Source of the DNA: Clostridia bacterium
GTDB taxonomy: Bacteria > Bacillota > Clostridia > Oscillospirales > CAG-272
Reading direction: 5' to 3'
DNA: 52,214 nucleotides
Assembly (NCBI GenBank): GCA_017481265.1
Contig: JAFUPK010000033.1
Span: 1 to 52,214 of the forward strand
The position numbers were made by a program, and so were the translations under genes. This document shows, piece by piece, positions 9,072-17,193 of this stretch (the first letter of the stretch is position 1; every line of letters starts with the position of its first letter). The notes below the pieces were generated by a model. That model was not told the origin of the DNA. It searched no databases and was given only the letters and a program-made list of their open reading frames with translations.

Positions 9072-10103
9072 TTACAGATTCTCGCGGAAGAAGTCGAAAG
9101 CCTTCGCTCCGGAGAATGCGTGTCCGTGGGGATGTATGTCGGTAAACAGTCTATCCTCGGCATCAGCACCCTTATAGATCTCAAGAGTACCCTCGTAACC
9201 CTTCATAAGATCCTCAAAGGGGAAGCAGGCATCGTAAATACCCATTTCCATAAGGCAGGGGCGGGGAGCTATAAGTCCCGCGATATCAAAGGTATCGAAA
9301 TAACGGTAGATACCGGGCACCACCTGGGAGCCGCAGAAGTTTCCGTCACGGATACCGAAGGCTTCAAAGGGATTTACGTAACTTATAATATCGCACGCCT
9401 TGATACGAGGCTCAACGGCAGTAGTAAAGGTGGTCATGGTACCGCCCTGAGACAGTCCCATCATTCCGATACGGTCAGGGTCTACCTCATCCATAGTCTC
9501 AAGGTAGTCGATACAGCATTTCATATCCCAGATATTGAGCGTCAGCGGATATATACCGAATATAGACCCCTTTACGTAATTGAGGTTACATGGGTCACGG
9601 GGAATGTCAATAGGATCATACTTGTCACGTCTCTCGCCGAAGCCGCGAAGATCGGGGGAAATTGTGACAAATCCGGCACGCGCCATTTGCTCGGCGAAGT
9701 TATAGTTCGCTGCGGCAACATCAGCAGCACGCTCGGACGTTCCTGTCATACCAACAACGGAATCCTTACCGAAGGGACCGTGACCGTGGCTACAGAGGAT
9801 AGCAGGGGTGCTTTTGTCTGCTTTCGCGCACTTTGGAATTAGTACGATAGCAGGAACGGACATATATTTGTCCACATTGAATACCACTCTGCGGCGGATA
9901 TAATCTCCCTGATCGACGCTGTATTCTATAACGGGGTCAAGGGGAACCTTTTCCGGGAAGGGTCCGAGAAGATCAAGAAGCTTCTCTCGCGCCTTTTCGT
10001 GCCACTCGTCAAAGGAAAGACCTGCATTCTTATATGACAGAAGCGGCTTATGCTCCTCAGCGAGACGCATCCAATATTCCTGAAGTGTAAAAGTACGTTT
10101 CAA
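9072..10103 (-). CDS. alpha/beta-fold hydrolase (esterase or dienelactone-hydrolase-like); first gene of the sugar operon
   Basis: GLSQGG nucleophile elbow, HGHGPFG upstream of it, and a C-terminal HPHGH. The substrate cannot be assigned from the sequence. Confidence 0.6.
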   Translation of the reverse strand: MKRTFTLQEYWMRLAEEHKPLLSYKNAGLSFDEWHEKAREKLLDLLGPFPEKVPLDPVIEYSVDQGDYIRRRVVFNVDKYMSVPAIVLIPKCAKADKSTPAILCSHGHGPFGKDSVVGMTGTSERAADVAAANYNFAEQMARAGFVTISPDLRGFGERRDKYDPIDIPRDPCNLNYVKGSIFGIYPLTLNIWDMKCCIDYLETMDEVDPDRIGMMGLSQGGTMTTFTTAVEPRIKACDIISYVNPFEAFGIRDGNFCGSQVVPGIYRYFDTFDIAGLIAPRPCLMEMGIYDACFPFEDLMKGYEGTLEIYKGADAEDRLFTDIHPHGHAFSGAKAFDFFRENL

Positions 10104-10324
10104 TCGGCACCTCCGCGCATATTATGCAAATGCTTCAAATTAAAAAGCTTCACTACTCATTTAATGATACCACATATATCCCTCTTAGTCAAGATTCTGT
10201 ATGGATTTTCTCCTTTTCAAAGGTGATTTTTTCGCAAAAATCAAAGTGCAAACGTTACAATAAATGATTATTTCAACTCAGCACAGCATAATAATTATCA
10301 TACATCTATGAAACGGAGTCAAGC

Positions 10325-11389
10325 ATGGAAAACAGTAAGCTTTCAAGGCCCGCACATCTGTGTATAATCATATTTGCCACTGCAGCGGCTCTGTACGTTG
10401 CCATAAAATATCTTCTTCCCGCACTCATTCCTATCCTCATTGCCGCCGTGATATCTGCGGTGACTCGTCCCATAGCAAAAAAGGCATCCGAAAAAAGCAA
10501 GATGCCTTATAAGCTGTGCGGAATACTGACAGCTTCTCTTTTCATCTTTTTTGCGGCATACGCGGCGGTACTTATCAGTGAAAAGCTTCTGCATGAAATG
10601 ACGGAGGCTGTAAAAATGATGATGGAGGGGCTTGACCGCGAGGACAATATTATCCGTCGGGCAATGGATATGATCACACGGCTTCGCGACAGGATACCTT
10701 TTCTTTCAAGCACCGACAGCGCATACTCAGCGGAAATTTATGATATGCTGATGGAATGGGCTACGGGAACTGTGGGCAAGATCAGCGAAGCCTTTGCCAA
10801 GGGATGCGCTTCCTTTATAACTTCCCTTCCCGATCTTATCTTCGCCTGCATTGTCAGTGTTATCGCGTTGTTTTACCTGACTGCTGACGCGGATGGGGTA
10901 AGGGCTGCTGTTGTAAAGCTTATTCCGGGAGCTGTGAAAACAAGGGCAAAGAATATATCAGACCGTCTCGGCAATGCTCTGTCGGGATATGTCAGAGCCT
11001 ATATCTCACTTATGCTCATCACCTTTGGTGAGCTGTTCCTCGGCTTTGTTATTCTTCGGATACGATATGCCTTTTTCCTTGCCCTTCTTGTTGCTGCAAT
11101 CGACATTCTGCCTGTCCTCGGAGTAGGGAGTGTGCTTCTGCCCTGGGCTTTATTTATGTTTCTTTCGGGAAACACATCCCGTGCCGTCGGGCTTCTTGTG
11201 CTGTTCGGCATAATGTACGCTGTTCGCCAATTCACCGAGCCGCGTCTTGTGGGAAGATTTATGGGTCTCCATCCTCTGCTCACCCTCACCGGAGCATTTG
11301 TCGGATATTCCCTGTTCGGGCTGTGGGGGATGATATTATCCCCCATAATCCTATATGGAGTAAAGCTGGCGGCAGAGGGAGGGAATTAA
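10325..11389 (+). CDS. AI-2E/PerM family integral membrane protein (YtvI-like sporulation membrane protein)
   Basis: 354 aa with roughly 8 hydrophobic segments. The conserved C-terminal block LPVLGVGSVLLPWA...FTEPRLVG is typical of the AI-2E/YtvI family. Confidence 0.7.
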   Translation: MENSKLSRPAHLCIIIFATAAALYVAIKYLLPALIPILIAAVISAVTRPIAKKASEKSKMPYKLCGILTASLFIFFAAYAAVLISEKLLHEMTEAVKMMMEGLDREDNIIRRAMDMITRLRDRIPFLSSTDSAYSAEIYDMLMEWATGTVGKISEAFAKGCASFITSLPDLIFACIVSVIALFYLTADADGVRAAVVKLIPGAVKTRAKNISDRLGNALSGYVRAYISLMLITFGELFLGFVILRIRYAFFLALLVAAIDILPVLGVGSVLLPWALFMFLSGNTSRAVGLLVLFGIMYAVRQFTEPRLVGRFMGLHPLLTLTGAFVGYSLFGLWGMILSPIILYGVKLAAEGGN

Positions 11390-11507
11390 TTAATTTATAT
11401 TTCACCATGTCCGAATCAGCATACTGATAGAGCTTAAAGATATCTTCGGTTGTACCTTTGATGATTTCTTTGAAGGACTTGAAACAAAGCAATAATTACT
11501 GCAAATA

Positions 11508-11529
11508 CCCCCTGTGCAAGCACAGGGGG
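11508..11529. terminator. GC-rich hairpin between the convergent ytvI-like and hpf genes
   Basis: CCCCCTGTG-CAAG-CACAGGGGG. The flanking T/A runs are weak. Confidence 0.45.
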
Positions 11530-11563
11530 TAAAAATATGTTATATATCATTTATCAAAGAGAC

Positions 11564-12091
11564 TCAGTCCTCGGGAGTAATAAGTCCGTATGTCTCATTG
11601 TGACGCTTGTATACAACGCACATCTTATTGACTTCCGCATCAAGGAACATATAGAAATCGTGTCCTATAAGGTTCATCTGGAGGATAGCCTCTTCAAGAG
11701 TCATAGGTCTGATGGGGAAGGTCTTGCGGCGGATGTCAAACATGACTTCTTCGTCCACAATATCGTCCTCAAGCTGAGGTGCAGGAACTTCAAGGTCAGC
11801 CTTCATTCTCTTCTCAAGTCTTGTCTTGTTTTTGCGGATCTGTCTCTCAATGGAGCTGAGACATCCGTCAAGAGCTGTTTTGAAGGTATCGCTCTCTTCC
11901 TCTGCACGGAATATGGTGCTTCCGACGGTGATTGTGATCTCAATGATCTTGTCGCCATGCTCATGTCGGCAGGTTACAGAAGCATCTGCGCCGCCGGGGA
12001 AGAATCTGTCGAACTTAGAAAGCTTCTTTTCGATAAGGTCTCTCAGATCCTGTCTTACTGTCAGATGACGTCCGTTAATGGAAATGTTCAT
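11564..12091 (-). CDS. hpf: ribosome hibernation promoting factor (long form)
   Basis: MNISINGRHLTVRQDLRDLIEKKLSKFDRFF is the classical HPF/RaiA N-terminus. At 175 aa it has the C-terminal dimerisation extension. Confidence 0.9.
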   Translation of the reverse strand: MNISINGRHLTVRQDLRDLIEKKLSKFDRFFPGGADASVTCRHEHGDKIIEITITVGSTIFRAEEESDTFKTALDGCLSSIERQIRKNKTRLEKRMKADLEVPAPQLEDDIVDEEVMFDIRRKTFPIRPMTLEEAILQMNLIGHDFYMFLDAEVNKMCVVYKRHNETYGLITPED

Positions 12092-12257
12092 AAGTCAACC
12101 ACCTTTGCTTTTATTTACATCGGAAAACTGTGCTTTCCTTTGCATCTATATTATATCACACTTTTAGCATTTTGTATATACCATTTGTGAAATTTTATAT
12201 ATTTTTATGCGAAATTACAACGCATTTAGATTCTATCACGCTTCAAAAATATAAAAT

Positions 12258-12281
12258 ACCGTTTCGCAAAAGCGAAACGGT
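12258..12281. repeat. left copy of an exact 24-nt palindromic hairpin (duplicated terminator)
   Basis: ACCGTTTCGCAAAAGCGAAACGGT is identical to 12497-12520. On the minus strand this copy is followed by a T-rich run. Confidence 0.9.
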
Positions 12282-12291
12282 CAGCTTGATG

Positions 12292-12490
12292 ACAAAGGCT
12301 AAATCAAAAGTAAAAGAGGATGCGCGACCTGCGGGTCGCTTTTTGGACGAATAAGGGGGATTTCGCACTCTGTCCTACTTCGTTTAGCGAAGTAGCTACG
12401 ACTCGGGGCGCTGCCCCAAGACCCTGCGCCCTTTTAAAAAAGGTCGATCAAAACTTTTGTGCATTTTGTCAGCGCAAGACATTTGTCAGC
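12292..12490 (+). repeat. ~200-nt multi-hairpin interspersed repeat, copy 1
   Basis: It is near-identical, in reverse complement, to 43931-44110. Internal hairpins include GCGACC-TGC-GGGTCGC, CTACTTCG-TTTA-GCGAAGTAG and GGGGC-GCT-GCCCC. Confidence 0.9.
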
Positions 12491-12496
12491 ACTCTT

Positions 12497-12520
12497 ACCG
12501 TTTCGCAAAAGCGAAACGGT
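12497..12520. repeat. right copy of the exact 24-nt palindromic hairpin
   Basis: ACCGTTTCGCAAAAGCGAAACGGT is followed by ATTTTTT on the + strand. It lies 6 nt from the stop of the gene at 12527. Confidence 0.9.
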
Positions 12521-12526
12521 ATTTTT

Positions 12527-13744
12527 TCAGTCTACGACATTTATATGCTCGCCTCGTTTTATGGCTGCAAGGATCCTATTGGTATCGTCGTCGTCATAGG
12601 TTCCCGATGCGATAGCCTTCTCAAGCCACTTAACAGCATCACGTCTTTCGTGGAATTTGAGGCAAAGTCTTGCATAATTGTACATTCCGTCGGGATTGTC
12701 AAGGCAGGCAGCCGCATAAAACTTCTGCTGAGCCGATCTGTAATTGCCGCGGCGCTGTGCCTCCCACCCCTCATCCATGAAGCGTCTTGACCTTTTATAC
12801 CTTTCCTCCTCGCGGGATTTATAGATCACATCAATAAGGAACGGAGCGTCCTTACTTCCGCGCTTTTCAGCAATGTGGAGATATTTAAGCTTTATGTCGT
12901 CATCCTCAAGCATACTCGCGTACTCGTAGAGCTCGTCAGCACTCATAGCGTCGATGCGCTCCTTTTCCTTGCGGGCTTCTTCCTCCTTGAGAGCCTTTTC
13001 CTCAGCCTTTTTCCTTTCTGCGCGTTCCAGCTCAAGCTTTATCTCATAGGCACTGAGAGCATCCTTAATGCCGCTGGAGGTAGTGACAGTAAATGACATA
13101 AACGAAAGGAAAGAAACGCCGAGCATTATGAGCATGAGGACAATTCCGGCTACTATAAAGAGGACCCATGAAAGAAAGCTTAACGGCGCGCTTTCTCTCA
13201 CAAGTATAACAGCACTGAGAACAAACACCGCAATGGTATTTATCACGGCAGCTCCGGAAACCTTTCCGTATGGAGCTTCGTATGAATCTGCCTTAGCCTG
13301 CACCTTTTCTTCTTTTTCGACGATGGCTTTCATCTGTGCTTCTTCATCCTCGGGAAAAGCCTCCGGCTGTGCCTTATGCTTTCTAATAAAGATGGAGAGG
13401 ATAATGTGCAGAGCAATGGAGCATACAATAGGAACGAGCACAAGGAACACAAAGCCGAACAGGATCGTTTTCAGTATCTCGCTGTTGGTATAGCCTGCAA
13501 CAAAGGGAAGCACACGGTCAAACACGGGAAGTGCTGTCAGGTGCTCCTTGTCAAAATTGACCGCTCCGACAAACAGATCCACAACATAGCTTATGTAAAT
13601 AAGGCTGTTAAAAGCGAAGATAAGTGTAATGATAATGTTCTTGATCTTTCCGAGTCTGATTCTTCTGTCATTCGCTGCTTCATGGTCATAAAGGTATTCA
13701 AATATTTTCTTTCTGCCGTCCGCAGTACTGAAATCATGTGTCAT
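12527..13744 (-). CDS. membrane protein with a coiled-coil segment and C-terminal Sel1/TPR-like repeats
   Basis: About four hydrophobic segments, a charged KKAEEKALKEEEARKEKER stretch, and a C-terminal GNYRSAQQKFYAAACLDNPDGMYNYARLCL...AVKWLEKA resembling Sel1 repeats. Confidence 0.6.
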   Translation of the reverse strand: MTHDFSTADGRKKIFEYLYDHEAANDRRIRLGKIKNIIITLIFAFNSLIYISYVVDLFVGAVNFDKEHLTALPVFDRVLPFVAGYTNSEILKTILFGFVFLVLVPIVCSIALHIILSIFIRKHKAQPEAFPEDEEAQMKAIVEKEEKVQAKADSYEAPYGKVSGAAVINTIAVFVLSAVILVRESAPLSFLSWVLFIVAGIVLMLIMLGVSFLSFMSFTVTTSSGIKDALSAYEIKLELERAERKKAEEKALKEEEARKEKERIDAMSADELYEYASMLEDDDIKLKYLHIAEKRGSKDAPFLIDVIYKSREEERYKRSRRFMDEGWEAQRRGNYRSAQQKFYAAACLDNPDGMYNYARLCLKFHERRDAVKWLEKAIASGTYDDDDTNRILAAIKRGEHINVVD

Positions 13745-13774
13745 AGCACTCTACCTTCCATATTTTCTTCGTTC

Positions 13775-14728
13775 TTATTTTGTCTTTTTTCCGTTTTTCT
13801 TCTTTTCTTCGGTCATTGTCTTTTCAGCCTCAAGGCTTTCATAGAGCTTCTTAACCTTGGCACGCTTACGAAGGATGGGTAAAACCACTGCACAGCCGAT
13901 GAGCAGCACAGCCGCCGCAAGAAGAGCATAATCAACGGTTATGGGTACATTCTCACCGAAAAGAATACTTGCACGCGCTCCCTTCTTTATCAGCACGGTT
14001 TTAACTACGCTTTCTCCGTTATACTCATCTGCCGAAGCAAGGCTGTCGTGAGATGCTCCAACTGAAAGCTTTACGTTTTCAAGCTTCAACATATTTCCCG
14101 ACACAAGAGCCGCCCCCTTTGCACTTACGGTAACGTCAGCTCTGTCGATGTCGATAAGATGGTCTGCGCTTATAGCTCCCAAAGCGTCAACAGTTCCTCC
14201 GCTGACGGAGAACACACGTGCATCAACAGCGACATCTCCTGTTGAGTGAAGCTCAAGTGAGCCTCCTGTGACGGATATTTCCGCACGGTCAGCAAGTATC
14301 GCTGTCTCAGCGCTGAAGGAATAGCTGCCGGCACCAAATCTCATTTTATGATTATTGGAGTAGCTGTAGTTGTACACAGCGGCACTGCCGGCCTCGATCG
14401 TAAGCTCTCCGTCACCCTCAAATGTAACACTTCCGGGTACACCAAGTCCGAACTTAGCCGCCTTGACGGTGTTCTTCCCCTTGAGAACAACGGTACAGTT
14501 ATCGGGGATCTTAAGTCCGAAGTCATCGGATGTGTCGATATCGAGATCATTTAATGTAAGTATTCTGTCGGGGTTATTCCATTCATATCCGTCTCCGCGG
14601 AGATTCTTTTTTGCATTTGCAAGATTCAGCGTGTTATCCACAGCCGCCGAAACAGCAACAGAGCACATCACAAACAGCATTGCCGACACAACAAGCGCCA
14701 GCACACGCATAATTAGCCTTTTTTGCAT
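13775..14728 (-). CDS. secreted, C-terminally anchored protein with repetitive beta-strand-rich (adhesin or beta-helix-like) ectodomain
   Basis: Signal peptide MRVLALVVSAMLFVMCSVAVSA. Repeated V-x-V/G-G-S-L motifs. C-terminal TM LLAAAVLLIGCAVVLPIL plus a lysine-rich tail. The ATG overlaps the upstream stop (TAATG). Confidence 0.55.
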   Translation of the reverse strand: MQKRLIMRVLALVVSAMLFVMCSVAVSAAVDNTLNLANAKKNLRGDGYEWNNPDRILTLNDLDIDTSDDFGLKIPDNCTVVLKGKNTVKAAKFGLGVPGSVTFEGDGELTIEAGSAAVYNYSYSNNHKMRFGAGSYSFSAETAILADRAEISVTGGSLELHSTGDVAVDARVFSVSGGTVDALGAISADHLIDIDRADVTVSAKGAALVSGNMLKLENVKLSVGASHDSLASADEYNGESVVKTVLIKKGARASILFGENVPITVDYALLAAAVLLIGCAVVLPILRKRAKVKKLYESLEAEKTMTEEKKKNGKKTK

Positions 14729-15285
14729 TATTTGTTTCCCTTTCCCTTTGATTTTTTTGCCTTCCCTTCAGGCTTTCTTATGGCAACATACATAGCGCAC
14801 GGAAGGCGGAACAAAAGTGCCTCTCCTATGCCGAGCGCCACGAGATATCCGAAGATGCTCACAGCACCGCCGGACGTAAGATACGCATAAAACACAGCTA
14901 CCGCAAGCACAGAAACGGAGCAAATAACCGGAGATGCGCTGACCGTTATTCTTTGGAAACGGCTGATCTCCTTCTGAAAAAGATATGTAAGCGCCGACAT
15001 TACGGTAAGCGCCAGAAGAACGGCACTCAGGATAAGCGATATCTTAAAGTACAGCTCAAAATTGTCCCGTGTGACCGCAAGTGCACCTTCCGACTCCGCT
15101 TTTCCCATAACGAATGTGTTAAAAAGCACGCGGCTCAAGAAAATGACGACAACACCAGCCAGGACTGCGCCAAGCTCTGCGCAAAGCCTTATGAGCTTCT
15201 TTTTTCCGGGACTAATCGGAGCTTTCTGCTCATTCAGCTCCCGAAGCTCATCTTTTCTTGTTTTCTTTGCTTTACTGTATTTCAT
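14728..15285 (-). CDS. small polytopic membrane protein of unknown function
   Basis: 185 aa, about 4 TM segments, lysine-rich termini. The ATG overlaps the nitroreductase stop (TGATG). Confidence 0.55.
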   Translation of the reverse strand: MKYSKAKKTRKDELRELNEQKAPISPGKKKLIRLCAELGAVLAGVVVIFLSRVLFNTFVMGKAESEGALAVTRDNFELYFKISLILSAVLLALTVMSALTYLFQKEISRFQRITVSASPVICSVSVLAVAVFYAYLTSGGAVSIFGYLVALGIGEALLFRLPCAMYVAIRKPEGKAKKSKGKGNK

Positions 15286-15869
15286 CAGAGCAATATCTCC
15301 TCAAGCGAGCGTTTCGGAACAAAGTGAATATCTGCGCTGTCGCGGAAATATTTAATACTTCCTGTCTCATCTACAGAGCAGATGACAGGCTCCTCGGCAG
15401 GTGCTCCTATTGCAAGAACAAGCTGAGGCTCCAGATCATCCTCAAGGTCAAAAAGCTTCCTTACTCCATCCTTATCAAAGGATCCGATCATGCAAAGCGC
15501 AAAGCCCGCTTCCCTTGCGGCAAGATTCACGGTCTGCGCGGCAATGCCCACATCCATCTGTGTAAACGGCGTTACGGCACCGATGCTTTTATCATGGCAG
15601 ATCACAATAAACGCAGTAGGCTCCTTACCGTCGGGAGGGAGCTTTTTATCCTTTATATACCCCGCCCAGCGAGTAAGGGGGCGAAGCTGTTTTACGGTAT
15701 CTGCATCACAGCAGACCTTGTATTTCAGCACCTGCATATTTCCCGCAGACGGTGTAACTCTTGCACAGTCAACGAAATGGCAGAGCAGTTCCTTTGAGGG
15801 AAGCCTTTCCTCGTCAAAAACGCGTACAGACCTTGCCTCATAGGTGAGTGCAAAAATATCTGAATTCAT
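15285..15869 (-). CDS. nitroreductase family protein
   Basis: 194 aa. RSVRVF...PS(A)GN near the N-terminus and the overall length are typical of the FMN nitroreductase fold. Confidence 0.75.
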   Translation of the reverse strand: MNSDIFALTYEARSVRVFDEERLPSKELLCHFVDCARVTPSAGNMQVLKYKVCCDADTVKQLRPLTRWAGYIKDKKLPPDGKEPTAFIVICHDKSIGAVTPFTQMDVGIAAQTVNLAAREAGFALCMIGSFDKDGVRKLFDLEDDLEPQLVLAIGAPAEEPVICSVDETGSIKYFRDSADIHFVPKRSLEEILL

Positions 15870-15950
15870 GGGTGTATCCTTTCGGTATCATATTTAATTA
15901 AGTATAGCTTATTCTGCGGCAAAAATCAAGGGTGAACTGCAAACACGTGC

Positions 15951-17174
15951 TTACCGTCTGTCTGCAAATCTTTTTACGATGCCGAGAATTATCTCCGTGC
16001 AGAGCTCCATGCCCTCTGCGGTTATATGCTCAAAGGGGCCGTGGAATGCGTGACCTCCCGTACCGAGATTGGGACAGGGGATGCCCATGTAGCTGATACG
16101 TGCACCGTCGGTACCGCCGCGAACGGGGTTCTGCACAGGTGTAAGCCCGAGAGATGATATAACGTCCTTGGCTATATCTGTGATATAGGGGTACTTCTCA
16201 ACTATCTCACGCATATTGCGGTACTGCTCGCGAAGAGTAAGCTTTACACTTCCCTCTCCGTACTTTTCGCACATGATCTTTTCGATATGACGTAGAGTTG
16301 CAAGGCGTGCATTCAGCATAGCCTCGTCATGATCGCGGATAATATAGTCAAGCTCGCAGGATTCACAGCAGCCGGACATGGCGCAAAGGTGGTAAAAGCC
16401 CTCGTAGCCCTCGGTGTTCGCAGGAGTTTCGGCACCGGGAATGAGTGAGATGATCTCAGCGCCAACAAGAGAGGCGTTTATCATCTTCCCCTTTGCCTCA
16501 CCCGGGTGGATATTGCGGCCTGTAATCACAAATTTTGCGCCGTAAGCGTTGAAGTTTTCAAATTCGATCTCTCCTTCAGCACCGCCGTCCACTGTGTACG
16601 CCGCTCCCGCACCGAAGCCTGCGGCATCAAAGTGATCTGCGCCTTCGCCGATCTCCTCGTCGGGGGTAAAGCAGACAGAGATGGGTCCGTGAGGGATGTC
16701 CTCCGAAATGATCCGTTCAACAGCGGTCACGATCTCGGCAACTCCTGCCTTATCGTCTGCGCCGAGAAGGGTCGTTCCGTCTGTTGTGATAAGAGTCCTT
16801 CCCTTCATATCCTTGAGATGTGGAAATTCCGCAGGATCAAGCACGCGTCCGCTGTCGCCGAGAGCTACGGCGCATCCGTCATAATTCTCGATTATCTGCA
16901 CCTTGACGCCCGTTCCGGAAAAGTCAGGCGAGGTATCCATATGTGCGATGAACCCCACAGCTTCGGCATCTTCATAGCCCTGACTTGCCGGGATCTTGCA
17001 GGAGACGTAAGCATTATCGTCAAGCTTTACATCCGATGCTCCCAAAGCCTCAAGCTCTGCCTTGAGATAGCGTGCAAGCGCCCACTGTCTCTCACTTGAG
17101 GGAGTGGTTCCCGAATGCTCGTCGCTCTTTGTATCAAATTTCACGTATTCAAGAAATCTTTCGTATGCCTTCAT
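15951..17174 (-). CDS. pepT: peptidase T (tripeptide aminopeptidase, M20B)
   Basis: MKAYERFLEYVKFDTKSDEHS...GFIAHMDTSPDFSG matches the PepT N-terminus. The start is set at 17174 because the ORF-track extension to 17276 overlaps the upstream gene. Confidence 0.88.
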   Translation of the reverse strand: MKAYERFLEYVKFDTKSDEHSGTTPSSERQWALARYLKAELEALGASDVKLDDNAYVSCKIPASQGYEDAEAVGFIAHMDTSPDFSGTGVKVQIIENYDGCAVALGDSGRVLDPAEFPHLKDMKGRTLITTDGTTLLGADDKAGVAEIVTAVERIISEDIPHGPISVCFTPDEEIGEGADHFDAAGFGAGAAYTVDGGAEGEIEFENFNAYGAKFVITGRNIHPGEAKGKMINASLVGAEIISLIPGAETPANTEGYEGFYHLCAMSGCCESCELDYIIRDHDEAMLNARLATLRHIEKIMCEKYGEGSVKLTLREQYRNMREIVEKYPYITDIAKDVISSLGLTPVQNPVRGGTDGARISYMGIPCPNLGTGGHAFHGPFEHITAEGMELCTEIILGIVKRFADRR

Positions 17175-17193
17175 TTTACGTAATGTCCTTTCG

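Noticed and set aside
11286-11492. A 68-aa minus-strand ORF whose first half (FKSFKEIIKGTTEDIFKLYQYADS...) looks protein-like.
   Set aside because: It begins with TTG and has no RBS. Its second half is antisense to the ytvI-like 3' end. No motif was recognised. It is at best a decayed gene remnant, which I cannot demonstrate.
12258-12520. The possibility that the two 24-nt palindromic repeats form a minimal CRISPR array.
   Set aside because: There are only two repeat copies. The intervening ~215 nt is far longer than a spacer and is itself a dispersed repeat. No cas genes or leader are present in the window.
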